This document shows, piece by piece, positions 23,983 to 37,800 of a DNA stretch of 64,000 bases; the stretch's first letter is position 1; each line of letters begins with the position of its first letter. The notes beneath the pieces were generated by a model. The model was not told the origin of the DNA. It did no database searches and saw only the letters and a program-made list of their open reading frames with translations. The translations under genes were made by a program, and so were the position numbers. The stretch is from Tubiluchus corallicola (lineage: Eukaryota; Animalia; Priapulida), in assembly GCA_030141605.1 (NCBI GenBank), contig JAQGDQ010000707.1, forward strand, positions 45,285 through 109,284, in the 5' to 3' direction.

Positions 23983-24680
23983 TATACATCCTCTAACCAA
24001 ATTATTATCTCTGTTAATGAATAATTAGCATGAAGTGAAAGTATTATCTGATGTAGTACAAAGTACAGTAGGTGCCGTTTAATAGACTCCCGATTAATAG
24101 AATCAATCGCCTAATTGACCCAAAAACATGTGGAACTGGTTGCTCCTATTCAAATGTATATAAAAACTTTCAGTAGTTAATTCAAATAACTTCACATAAT
24201 TGACTTTGCTTCATGTGCTTAAAATAAGGTACTTCTACATTTTCGTTGTTTTTATCAGTATGAGAAGTTTATAAACCGACATCTTCGTTAAGAAATGAAG
24301 TATCCGACTTTGCTTTTTAGTTTCTAGTATGAATGAACAGATTTGTGAGATATAACCTTCCAGCACTCCTAGTTTTACATAAGAGCTAAAATTTGAGCCC
24401 AGTAAACACTAGATAACAATGCACTGAACATTATACATTGTTGCTAAATTGGAAGAATGTATTATTTTTACAATGTACAGGTTGGCCGGTCCAATCTCAT
24501 GTTTCTTATTGCTAACACAATCAGGGAAGGTGCTCAAAATGTTAAATTTATTTTTTAACCCCTATCAAGTTGAAACGTGGTTATAAAAATATGGTGTATT
24601 CTATTGCATAACCAGAGAGTGGAGAGTCACTGGCACAAGTATTATGTGTACGTATTGTGACGTGAATTATTGATACTTTT

Positions 24681-25190
24681 AGATTACTTATGTAAAATGT
24701 ATTTTTAAACTGTACGTAGAGAAAATGTACCTTTATATTGCAAGGGTTTCGGGCATTAAGCAGTAGTGGTCGAATTCGATTCAAACAAGCTTTTTTAGTT
24801 CGATTCGAGCAGAATTATAGATTTGAATAAATAAGCACTTCAACTGCATAGATTTTTGTTGAAATGTTTGAAACATCATGCAATCAGCACAGTTTAACTG
24901 CAATTTCTGTGCCGAATTTTTAAACATATTATTAGTGTTTTTACTGTAGAACAAAATCAAGTAATATGCACAATCTTTGTGAGACGCATAATCTTTTTGT
25001 TAGCAATTCGAAAATCTTCAAGATGGAATTCGGACTCAAATTCTCAAAATTCGGTTTCATTTGAGCTTGAAAGTCAAAAAATCATTCGATTCAAATACGC
25101 CTTCTTGCAGAGAATGCTCAGCCTAATTAATCAGTTCATGCACTTCTTACTGATGTGTTGTGTTCTCTTTAAGAGTAGTCTATGAACTTT
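24681..25190 (+). repeat. ~500 bp segment duplicated at 26172-26643, containing a TTCGA-rich MITE relic
   Basis: Shared from AGATTACTTAT to GAGTAGTCTATGAACTTT; interior similar to 39224-39664. Confidence 0.8.
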
Positions 25191-25789
25191 GACGTTGAAG
25201 AGAGTAAAGTTATTAGGAATAAAAACATCTTGCATACATCATAACATTGCGTGTAACTAGATCATAACATGGTGTTATGGATTGTGCTACATTGTATTGC
25301 AGAATTTCGTTAATAAGCTATTTCTACAAGAGCTTTGTAATGCTTTTTTTGATTTTTAATGTATTTTTGTAGGCAGATGCTTGTATTTCAAGCTCTGTTT
25401 GGGTGGACACAGAATCAGTGGCTCCGCTAGGGGGTGCGGGCTGCACCAGGTGACACCAACCCTAGCGACGCCCTTGCAAAGTAGCTCTCAATTTAAGATA
25501 GTGTAAGATCCACAACATAGTGCAAGAAACATTCACTGCCAGATTAACTCTTTCGTGTTGCAGTATTATTTGTAGGTCTGTATACATGTGAAACTGTGAA
25601 CTATATAGCTTTATTTACATATAATCATATAGTGAAATGCAATTATTCTTTTATGGGATTTTCTTATTTGTCTCAACGTTTATGGCACAAATTTGCTCAG
25701 TGTATTCTATGTAATTGTACTGCGTGTGTATACAGGCTTCTAATAAAGGGTATCTATGTTGACTCATTATATGAAACTTACGTTTATTG

Positions 25790-26140
25790 CAAATAATAGA
25801 TTCTGAAAAAAAACAGGGTAAGTCAGCAAACTGTCTGCTTCTTTATGTATTCCTTTAATAAATTGTGGATTAGTGCTGTTTATTGAGGGAGAGATTACAG
25901 AGTGCCAGCTTTTATTTACAGACATTATATTTGTGATATCAGTACTAGTGTTCCTCAAGGTTCCATAATAGATCCTGCTTTGTTTCTGTTTTTTATCCTT
26001 GCACTACTTGTTTCTATATTATCAAAGTTTGCTATCTATGCTGATCATATAACTTTGTGCTCATAATAATGCCCCACCAAATTAGCAGCATCTCATGTGA
26101 AAAAGATGAGGAATTTGTTCTGAACTGGGGTCAAGACTGG
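25790..26140 (+). pseudogene. Highly degenerate LINE RT relic
   Basis: VPQGSII-P and IYAD-ITL remnants. Confidence 0.55.
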
Positions 26141-26171
26141 TGCCATTAATACACACTAGACAAAGTTTATA

Positions 26172-26643
26172 TAGATTACTTATATAAAATGTATTTTTAA
26201 ACTGTACATACGTAGAGAAAATGTACCTTTATATTGCAAGGGTTTCGGGCATTAAGCAGTAGTGGTCGAATTCGATTCAAACAAGCTTTTTTTAGTTCTA
26301 TTCGAAGCAGATTTATATATCCGAATAAAAAAGCACTTCAACTGCATACATTTTTTATTGTTGAAATGTTTGAAACATCATGCAATCAGCACAGTTTAGC
26401 TGCAATTTCTGTGCACAATTTTTAAACAAATTATTAGTGTTTTTGCTGTAGCACAAAATCAAGTAATGGAATTCAGTTCATTTGGAACTCAAATTATTAA
26501 AATTCCGTTTCATTTGAGCTTAAAAGTCAAAAAATCTTTCATTTCAAATACGCTTTCTTGCAGAGAATGCTCAGCCTAATTAATCAGTTCGTGCACTTCT
26601 TACTGATGTGTTGTGTTCACTCTAAGAGTAGTCTATGAACTTT
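26172..26643 (+). repeat. Second copy of the 24681-25190 segment
   Basis: Colinear with indels. Confidence 0.8.
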
Positions 26644-26723
26644 CGGCGAGAGATATACCTATACCCAGTTTCTAGCTTTAAATACTTTAAACTGCTTGCT
26701 CTATACTTCATCTGCAAAAAATT

Positions 26724-27147
26724 CATCATCATCATCATCATCCAGTGAATCACACGTCCAGTGACGTGATTCTGCTCACCTCCCTATGCCAGGACTCCCT
26801 GTTTGCCGCAGTGCCCCAAGTGGATTTATTTCTAAGGATCAATGCTGAAGTGTTTAAATCTTTCTGTGCAAAATCAAAATATGTTAACATTTGTCCTCCT
26901 GCAGGTTTTTTAGCTGATTCTATGGCTTGTTGAAGAGCTATCTTCACTGGAACATCACCAGGTAGTCTAAGCATATGCCCAATCCGTCTTAAACGGCGTC
27001 TTTTTATTTTTCTTGTCCAAGGTTCTTCTTTTATTTTTTCATATAGATCTTTGTTTGAAATTTTCTTTGGCCATCTAATACCCAAAATGTTTCTGTAATT
27101 TCGCCTTTGAAACGCATCGATTTCAGCTTTATGATTTGCTTTCAATG
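26724..27147 (-). mobile_element. 5'-truncated RTE-clade LINE (ORF2 C-terminus plus GAT-repeat tail)
   Basis: IDAFQRRNYRNILGIRW..ISN, IKRRRLR.IGHMLR, AANRESW; (GAT)n tail; 11 bp TSD TGCAAAAAATT at 26713-26723 and 27148-27158. Confidence 0.9.
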
Positions 27148-28770
27148 TGCAAAAAATTAATAAGGAAGTGTACGTTGCCTACTCACTTAGTTCCGTATTT
27201 TTTGTATTCACTGTGTTGAATATAACAGTTAGCCTATTAATAAATCTTAACAATGGACGTATACCTACTAGCCTGTAAAGAGCTTTACTGTTAGCACGAA
27301 CAGCGAATAGCTTGCCATTATCAACTGTAATCTTCCTTTTCAGTAATTTTTAAAGATTTTTATCAACCGATTTTCCTGCATATTACCCCATGCCTAGAAC
27401 CAAGTTTGTACGCTAGTACACTATCTGTGTTGACGTGTGATTCTGGTAGAGAGGTTATTCTAGAGTTCTGTCAGCAAAATCAATAATGGTGTTTGCAGTT
27501 TTTCAGCCGAAAACCAGCTTAAAGGTAGGTCGAGAGAATTATTCATCGAGTTCAAATATAATAGAACAACGCAAACATAATTGATGTGTAATTTGCTTCT
27601 AACATACTGTCCCGATCCACCCCGTTACTTGTATCAAACTAAGTCTAAAACTGCTCAAAAATTCACACTAATAGAGTGATTTAAAACTGGAAAAAAACTG
27701 GATTCGATTCGAATTCGCTTTCTGGTAGAGAATGCTCACCCCTAGTGGTAACTAGTTTTTACCGCACGAGGTCGTAAGAATCAGCTTGCGGCTTTCTACG
27801 AGCAAAAGTTTGTTGCACGTACAATATTCTCTGTCTTCTAAAAGATGCTCGCTCGCTATGATTTCGGAAAGCCACATATGAAACATCTTCATTCATGTTG
27901 GTCAATTTGAAAAACGCGCGGCGCCGCGTGCATTTTTAATACTGTCTCGTGTTTGCGTTACTCACTTCTGCGTTGCGTAACGCAATTTTTAACTAATTAA
28001 TTTCTAAGTCGCATCATCCAGAATAAATTACGATTTCCTTCAGTCAAATTTGGTTTTGCGAAAAAAAGAATTAAAGTGGGATTGACTATTTTCTAATCAA
28101 AAAGTGGGTTCTTAGCACCTACATTTTGTTGAGCACTTGTAATTTCAGCACATAATAGTTTAATTTTACGTTTAAATTGCAGTAGGGAACTACTATTTTT
28201 GCCAAGACATGTTCACATTAGAAGGTTTTACGCTTAAGATATAATGACATCACCTTGGTACCAATACTGGTGAAACACCTATTTTATCAGTTGCTGTAGT
28301 TCATTTACCTGTTTAATCAAAAGAATTCCCAATATTGACACAAAAGTGCATACTTTACAAAACAGAAATAAACTTCACTATCATTAACACATAAAATGAT
28401 GACAGACAGGTTACAATAACAAGGAAGACATGCAAGAAGATATCAGTAAGTGATATCTTGGTATTTGCCAAACTACTTTACCTAAAAAACTATCTTCAAC
28501 TAGAATATCAAATGACTAATTTTAAAAAAAATCCGTGACATAACGCACAATTTGCTACATAGCAACACATTCTCTCCAACAAAATAGAAATAAGAATAAT
28601 AATGCATTTTTTATCAATATAATTAGAGCAGTGTCTTCTGATGTGTGACGACCAATCCATTACTTTCATGCACATAAACTACATGGAAAAAATACAATGC
28701 CAGCTAAAATTATGGTGTGTCTAAATCTTTAACAGATTAGTCAAAGCGCGAGTGTGAACCCCGCTTTAGG

Positions 28771-28778
28771 TATAAATA
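28771..28778 (+). promoter_or_regulatory. Candidate TATA box of the pentraxin gene
   Basis: TATAAATA 85 bp upstream of the proposed ATG (CAACAATG context); position-based inference only. Confidence 0.4.
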
Positions 28779-28855
28779 GCAAGACAGCTGCAAACAATAT
28801 TCGATAAACTCGACGTTTTTTTCAGTCGTTCTAGTGCCTGCATTAAAATTCAACA

Positions 28856-31800
28856 ATGTCTGCACACCACACGATTGTGGTCAATTTTAGTTTTAGAATA
28901 AAATTTCAAGTAAAATAATTCGTTGTATTGGTTGTGTGAAGCTGATTATTGGTGTTTTAGGGATGGCAAAACTATGAAGAGTCCGATTATAAAACTACAC
29001 GTTTATTGAACATCAAACACAATGAATATAGCAGATAGCAATGCCAAGCCCCCAGATCTAACCTGCTCTCCTTCAGCTCCAGACTCAATCCCCTGAGCTG
29101 GGCGCATCACAAGGCTTATATCTCGTGCGCCGAGCTTCGACGCCTCGATTCTGAATCACTTACTCACGTGACACCACTCCTTAACTGGCTTCGTGCCAGC
29201 ATTCATCAACATAATTATCTATCATAGTCTAGCGCTTTTAACATAGTTTAACAGGTCATCTTTTACTATTCAGTCTACCATTGGCATATGCTATTGTACA
29301 TGTTTTCATTCAACTGGCTTTCTTGCCTACCTCTTTATGTAATCTGTTTAGCTAAGGTAACATATAGCTGCTCTACCTCTTTACGTAATTTGTTTTAGCT
29401 AAGGTAACATATAGCTGCTCTTTTGTTATGACAACACGTGTATAATCTGTCATTTAGCTAATATGCACTTTTCCACATCCATTTTCATGTAGTTCAGCTG
29501 TACAATTCTGAATACTGCTGCAGTTATTTTATTGACATTTATTGCTGACTCAAGCGCACATCCGTACGCAAAGATTCACACACGACGTAAGTACTGATGT
29601 ATGTTATTTAGTTTTTTACCTAAATCAAAAATAGGTAAAATATCGGTATAAATTAAATAACCAACCAAATGGGAGGTGGACAGAAGAAAATCATTTTAAT
29701 TACTCTAAATTTAAATTTATGTTGTATTGTCATCATACTCTTTTGAGTTTTAGATAGTGCTGCCACCTTCAGGTGTTCTTGTTGAAATTGTTAAATCTTT
29801 TTCTTTACTGTTTAAATTTTCATTGGCTTCTACAGTCTTTATGAATGCATAATCTCTAAACCTGTTTTCACACCTAAATGATTTCACCTGTAGTTTTGGT
29901 CACTTGGTTTTCTGTTTTTCAACATGACACTACTTCACTGTTTATGTAGACACTTCGGAATAAAATCTTAAAACTAAATTTCAAGTTTTTTGGTTTCTTC
30001 AAACCAGGAGGCAAGGACAAAAACAAGTTATCGAATCAACCACCTCAGAACTTTCAGCGTGAAATTAATGTTACGCAATGCCGCATATAAATTGCAGTAA
30101 ATGTAGAAATATTAAAAATATTTTCAAGCTACCGAATTTATCGTAGAATTATATATCGTAAAACGGGCTGAATAGCGACAACTTTTACATTCAAACTACC
30201 GTAACGTTTTTTTTTTGTTAGTTTTTGTTCTAAATTGTGTTTGGTAGTTGGCCACAATTCAATTCAATTCAATTTATTTATTAACTCCGCTAGAATGATA
30301 AAAATACAGTATCAAGAATATATGCAATATTTCGAAGCAAAGGAGAGGGGCAGCAAAGAACCCGCAAGTTATCAAGTCAGCCACCCTTAAATAGTTATGA
30401 CTAAATAAAATTAATTGTGGCATCGTTCTCAATTTAAATTTGTATTCGATTGATGTGTGTATTTGGCAATTAAATCATAGGTATCGTAATACTGTAGAAC
30501 ATATAGTTTAAATAACGAAAGATTTACAATTCTAAAATACCGTGAATCTATCTTCTAACTTAATCTATCTTTTGAAAGTATTGTTTTCGTGATAAAAAAT
30601 CATAATTATATTGTTTTTGATTTAAAAACCAATATTCCTATTAACCTTGTATTTTGGGGTGAATAGGGACAGCCTTATTTCTACTTTTCGTACTCACCTT
30701 GCATTACTTGAGGTGAAAAGGGGCGCAACTTTTAAAAAACGTGTTTGAAAATCATTTACTTTGATATCTAGGACAAATTTACAAAGCTTGGTTAGATAAC
30801 ACTGTTCCTAGGCTATCATCAAACATCAGAATTCGCCATTCCCTCCAATTGACTTCATATCTTAGAACTAAATCCAACATTTTAGGATGGGGGGTAGCTC
30901 CCAAAATTTACTCACTGTATTGTATTGCTTTTGTGTTGTTTTCTTGAATTACACTCCAGCAGGGAGTCGTCTATACGTGCGTGGTATCAGGACATGCTGT
31001 CCCGATTCACCCCGTTACTTATATCAAACTGTCCCGATTCACCCCGTTACTTATATCAAACTGTCCCGATTCACCCCGTTACTTATATCAAACTAAGTCT
31101 AAAACTGCTCAAAAATTCACAAAAATAGAGTGATTTAAAACTGGAAAAAAATTGTTACGTATTACTAAGGAGAAGTTACTCGGCTGCCAGCTGCAAAATA
31201 ACGACATCTGGCCCACTGATTAGGCCTGTGCAATAAAAGTTTAGACAAGCATTGTTTTTTGTGTCACTACTGTGCCTTCAGTTTACAATTACCATGGCAA
31301 CCAACATTGTGTCACTAATGTGCCTTCGGTTTACAATTACCATGGCAACCAACATTGTGTCACTACTGGGCCTTCGGTTTACAATTACCATGGCAACCAA
31401 CATTGTGTCACTACTGTGCCTTTGGTTTACAATTACCATGGCAACCAACATTGTGTCACTACTGTGCCTTCGATTTACAATTACCATGGCAACCAACATT
31501 GTGTACCTACTGTGCCTTCGGTTTACAATTACCATGGCAACCAACATTGTGTCACTACTGCGCCTTCGGTTTGCAATTACCATGGCAACCAACATTGTGT
31601 CACTACTGTGCCTTCGGTTTACAATTACCATGGCAACCAGTATTGACTACACAATGATATAAAGTCCTTGGTAGATTGGTAGTACTTGCATCCAGGTTGG
31701 TTTATACAATTCTGATAAACTGTACATTGCTTATTCCTGCAATGTAGTTGAAGCTTTAATAACTTCTCTTAGGTTTTGTCCTTATCGCGCCGCTTTACGG

Positions 31801-34800
31801 TACATGACTTACCATGAAATTCATTACACAAAATATTACTATTTTTAACGGGAAAACGAAAATATATAAAAGTGTGAAAGCTCTTATAACTAAATGTGAT
31901 TTTTCAATTTTTGTTGTTCCGCCACATTGCAGCACACAACAACAGGACCTTGTATTAAAATTTTATTTTTGGCTCTTGCTTTAGTAAAATTTAGCATGGA
32001 AAGTGTTTATTTTCACACATTGTAGAGTAACTGCATATAAATTGGTAATACTTTGTATGTATATGAATGTGTATGGTAATGTGCATTTGGTGATACTTTT
32101 AATTTCAATAATTGGGTTTCGGCGGTTTACTGCCATCTAAGGTTTTTACATTTACATGAATTTAAATAATTGGTAGTTGACATCATGAATGTATTTTATT
32201 ATATATTACTTAAATAGACAAGTGCAAGTCTCTCTTTTAGATTATGGACCAAGTGTGAAGCCATAGTAACGTGGCTTCAGTAACTAGCAATAGTGTTCTC
32301 CCGGTTACTATTAGTATCTTTTGTAAAATTGTAAATCAGCGTAACTGCGAGTTTTTTGCTTTATCAGTGGCTATCCACAGTCATTAGAAAACATCACTCA
32401 GTTTTTAGTGTTCTTTCAAAGTAGTTAAATTTAGATTATGTTAACTGTATAGGTACCGATCGATATGATCCCACGAGATTCACATTCCCGAGATATAATT
32501 CCATACAAAGCGATCTAATGCAGTACAAAAGTTTCGTGGAATCTTCTGTGACAGACCTTCAAAGTAAGTAGACTTGATTAAATTTATACACGTATGAAGC
32601 TGGTTCAAGTAGATCTAACATCTATGCATGTGAACATTTTCAACGTCAGTCGATGTACATGTATAGGCCTAATTAAGATAAAATGTTTAGGCTAAATTCA
32701 TTGAAATTAAAATTAAATACAAGTGTGTTTAATACATACTTACTCTTTTATAGTGTACATAATTTGATACATCTAGTAATACACAAGAATTACGCAAACA
32801 TTGGTACTCCAACAGTACTTCCACGAATAAGTATGTACAGTGCTTATGTGCTGTCCTCATTCATTTTATTATGTTAATATTTTTGTGTGTGTGTGATGAA
32901 CTCGTAGGCAGTTAAGAGCTACCCTTTAAATGAAACTTGCCGCAGATCAACCTAGCAATAAAATTTTACATAAAAGCATTCTGCATGTCCTTATGAAGGT
33001 AACCAGGAAACGTGTATATCCGCATCAAACATCGAGAGGAGCAAAGCAAAAATCTACTTGGAAAGAACCCTCATATCCTAGGACAGAAAGAATCGTTACT
33101 GGATGCGCAAATTTGCAACCAGGACATGAGCTAATCAGCTCGAGTGAATGTCAAGGGTGAATGGGTGTTATCCTAGGACAGAAAGAATCGTCACTGGATT
33201 CGCAAATTTGCAACCAGGACATGGACTAATCAGCTCGAGTGAACGTCAAGGATGAATGGGTGTTATCCTAGGACAGAAAGAATCGTCACTGGATGCGCAA
33301 ATTTGCAACCAGGACATGTGCTAATCAGCTCGAGTGAATGTCAAGGGTGAATGGGTGTTATCCTAGGACAGAAAGAATCGTCACTGGATGTGCAAATTTG
33401 CAACCAGGACATGGGCTAATCAGCTCGAGTGAACGTCAAGGATGAATGGGTGTTATCCTAGGACAGAAAGAATCGTCACTGGATGTGCAAATTTGCAACC
33501 AGGACATGCGCTAATCAGCTCGAGTGAACGTCAAGGATGAATGGGTGTTATCCTAGGACAGAAAGAATCGTCACTGGATGTGCAAATTTGCAACCAGGAC
33601 ATGCGCTAATCAGCTCGAGTGAACGTCAAGGATGAATGGGTGTTATCCTAGGACAGAAAGAATCGTCACTGGATGTGCAAATTTGCAACCAGGACATGCG
33701 CTAATCAGCTCGAGTGAACGTCAAGGATGAATGGGTGTTATCCTAGGACAGAAAGAATCGTCACTGGATGTGCAAATTTGCAACCAGGACACGGGCTAAT
33801 CAGCTCGAGTGAATGTCAAGGATGAATGGGTGTTATCCTAGTATCACCTTTCTTAATTTAAATGCCTATTGTTTCCGTTAATCTTGATCGTATAGTATAA
33901 GGTGACTTAAATCTATATATCGTATAGATTGAATTTAATATGTCCGCTTAATTTCTAATTGCTATAAGGTGAATCCTTCACCTGACTCCGAGAGCTTTGG
34001 ATATCAGTCTAGTAAGCAATGATCGTCTTATCTAAACTTCACCTTGACCTTCGCGTTGTGAGAAAAGGTCTATTTCTCTCAAGTTTCCTAGCGACGCTCC
34101 CGCAATATGAGCGCTAGTTAATTCAAAGCGAACTAATCAGATTCGTATATCGGAAATAGTGTTGCTTGAGTTAAACGCACTGATAACATACATTAACTCA
34201 ATCGTTAAATGTCAAAGAGAATTGCTTTATTGATTTACAATAATTACTGCTTCTAGATAGCTTACAAGATTTAGTCCTTATGCGCTTTTGACGCGTACAA
34301 CTATTTTATAGCTTTCCAAAAGTATCTCTCTGAACAATTCTTCAATTCCTATCACCTAAGGTGTACACTTTACACTTATCCTATAGTACAATGTGAACTT
34401 TGCGAACTACCGATATGCACAGTTAATTCTCAGTTTACCAATATGTTAAGATTACTTAACTCTGCGGATTGACCCAATGTACTCAGTACAATTTGGTCAA
34501 CTCCGATAGTTGATATAAGACTTCTCGTTATCCAGTGCCTAGATTATCCTAGGAACGCAGAAAGATGTCTACGCTGAACTTCCCAAGTCGTCTCGTCTGT
34601 CAAATAGCCCTCCTCGTGTGATTTGCCGCACACACTACACGTGTCTTGTTCCAGTACGATCGAGTGGTACTGGCTGGAACTAGCGCTGGGTTATTCGAAC
34701 CCGGGGCTTATATTCCATCGAAGTAACCTTGCAACAACCTTGCACGATTGCAACGTCGCATGCAACATTTAAGAACGTCGCATGAAACATCAAAATTTAT

Positions 34801-37800
34801 GGGACAGTTCGGAGGACATAGTCATCATACGCCCGTAAAACGTATCCGTCCTCTTTCTTCAAGAAACAATGACCTCGCAGAGTTTTCGTTAATTACTAGT
34901 AACTTGTGCATATCGCTCATTATAAACGGTACATCCGTCTCAACCTAATATTAGCTAATTATCCTGAGCATCTTAGAATGTCCTTACGTAAACTTATCGT
35001 TTACTTCTTACAACCTACGCTTTTTACAGTTCATTAAATTCGAGCTTTACAGCTGGGTGAGTTTCCATTGCACCATCTGTAAATTTATTCATGCAATCAG
35101 GGAGCCATGCGACTTCATACCAAAATATCGAAAATCATCGATTTATAAATTTATTCACCACACTAGGACAGAAAGAATCGTCACTGGATGTGCAAATTTG
35201 CAACCAGGACATGAGCTAATCAGCTCGAGTGAACGTCAAGGATGAATGGGTGTTATCCTAGGACAGAAAGAATCATCACTGGATGTGCAAATTTGCAACC
35301 AGGACATGGGCTAATCAGCTCGAGTGAACGTCAAGGATGAATGGGTGTTACCCTAGGACAGAAAGAATCATCACTGGATGTGCAAATTTGCAACCAGGAC
35401 ATGAGCTAATCAGCTCGAGTGAACGTCAAGGATGAATGGGTGTTATCCTAGGACAGAAAGAATCGTCACTGGAAGCCCAAATTTGCAACCAGGACATGGG
35501 CTAATCAGCTTGAGTGAACGTCAAGGATGAATGGGTGTTATCCTAGGACAGAAAGAATCGTCACTGGATTCGCAAATAGGATATGAGCTAATCAGCTCGA
35601 GTGAACGTCAAGGATGAATGGGTGTTATCCTAGGACAGAAAGAATCGTCACTGGAATTCGCAAATTTGCAACCAGGACATGAGCTAATCAGCTCGAGTGA
35701 ACATCAAGGATGAATGGGTGTTATCCTAGGACAGAAAGAATCGTCACTGGATGCGCAAATTTGCAACCAGGACATGAGCTAATCAGCTCGAGTGAACGTC
35801 AAGGATGAATGGGTGTTATCCTAGGACAGAAAGAATCGTCACTGGATGCGCAAATTTGCAACCAGGACATGAGCTAATCAGCTCGAGTGAATGTCAAGGA
35901 TGAATGGGTGTTATCCTAGGACAGAAAGAATCGTCACTGGATTCGCAAATAGGACATGAGCTAATCAGCTCGAGTGAACGTCAAGGATGAATGGGTGTTA
36001 TCCTAGGACAGAAAGAATCGTCACTGGATTCGCAAATTTGCAACCAGGACATGAGCTAATCAGCTCGAGTGAACATCAAGGATGAATGGGTGTTATCCTA
36101 GGACAGAAAGAATCGTCACTGGATGCGCAAATTTGCAACCAGGACATGAGCTAATCAGCTCGAGTGAACGTCAAGGATGAATGGGTGTTATCCTAGGACA
36201 GAAAGAATCGTCACTGGATGCGCAAATTTGCAACCAGGACATGGGCTAATCAGCTCGAGTGAATGTCAAGGATGAATGGGTGTTATCCTAGGGCAGAAAG
36301 AATCATCACTGGATGTGCAAATTTGCAACCAGGACATGAGCTAATCAGCTCGAGTGAACGTCAAGGATGAATGGGTGTTATCCTAGGACAGAAAGAATCG
36401 TCACTGGATGTGCAAATTTGCAACCAGGACATGGGCTAATCAGCTCGAGTGAACGTCAAGGATGAATGGGTGTTATCCTAGGACAGAAAGAATCGTCACT
36501 GGATGCGCAAATTTGCAACCAGGACATGGGCTAATCAGCTCGAGTGAACGTCAAGGATGAATGGGTGTTATCCTAGGACAGAAAGAATCGTCACTGGATG
36601 CGCAAATTTGCAACCAGGACATGAGCTAATCAGCTCGAGTGAACGTCAAGGATGAATGGGTGTTATCCTAGGACAGAAAGAATCGTCACTGGATGAGCAA
36701 ATTTGCAACCAGGACATCGGCTAATCAGCTCGAGTGAACGTCAAGGATGAATGGGTGTTATCCTAGGACAGAAAAATCGTCACTGTATGCGCAAATTTGC
36801 AACTAGGACATGGGCTAATCAGCTCGAGTGAACGTCAAGGATGAATGGGTGTTATCCTAGGACAGAAAGAATCGTCACTGGATGAGCAAATTTGCAACCA
36901 GGACATCGGCTAATCAGCTCGAGTGAACGTCAAGGATGAATGGGTGTTATCCTAGGACAGAAAGAATTGTCACTGGATGCGCAAATTTGCAACCAGGACA
37001 TGTGAAGACGCTGACACTCAAAGTTGGTAGTCCTACCACTTAAGTCTTGATGGCTGGAAGCCAAATAATACATGTATACATGCTACTTGATGTGGACCTA
37101 ACTAGAAGAAAAACAGTATCTGAATATGGCATATTATATTAAGGTGGTTTGCGTGCAATTATGTGCCCCAATGTATGCTTTGGTTGGGTAATGATCTGGT
37201 TGAACACCACCTCAACGTGATCAGAATCATCAGACTACAAACATTTTAATTCTGTTGTAGGTCTGACTCCAACTTGTACAAACACTACAGGAGAGACCAT
37301 GGTTGTTTTTCCGGAACGTGGTACAGAAGATTATATAAAACTAAATGATGTAATTACTACTGATTTGGACGCCATTACCACATGTATGGTAAGCCTCATT
37401 TCTATAAAAAAAACAGAACATAAAATAAGCTGAGTCTGCTGAAATTTAAAGGGTTTTGCGATGATTTTATCTTAGTCATGGACCTCCACCATGGCTCTGA
37501 AGGGCAAAGAGCCAAAAAGTATATAACAGGTTTCTTAACAAAATGTCGTTAGTTTCTAAGTCCATCAGTCACTGCTTTAAAGAAGAGTCTTAGAAGACAC
37601 CATACATAAATTGCTCTGTCAACTGATTATCAGTCTCACGTTATGTTATTTATCTCTTTATCCATTTAGTCACAAAATAAATTATTTATTTTTCAAATAT
37701 TCTTAAAATACCTACTATATTACACTGCGGGACTACCTAGCTACTGATAGGCCATATAAATCTCAAAACAAACGATATTTTACTAAGTTGTATTCACTCA

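Noticed and set aside
27909-27990. GC-rich palindromes (CGCGCGGCGCCGCGTG; TTGCGTAACGCAA)
   Set aside because: Short, no associated element ends or gene could be tied to them.
36955-37022. Last 95 bp satellite unit as a pentraxin exon (CCTAG acceptor)
   Set aside because: No pyrimidine tract, poor donor, and exon 32453-32563 already joins 37261 in phase.
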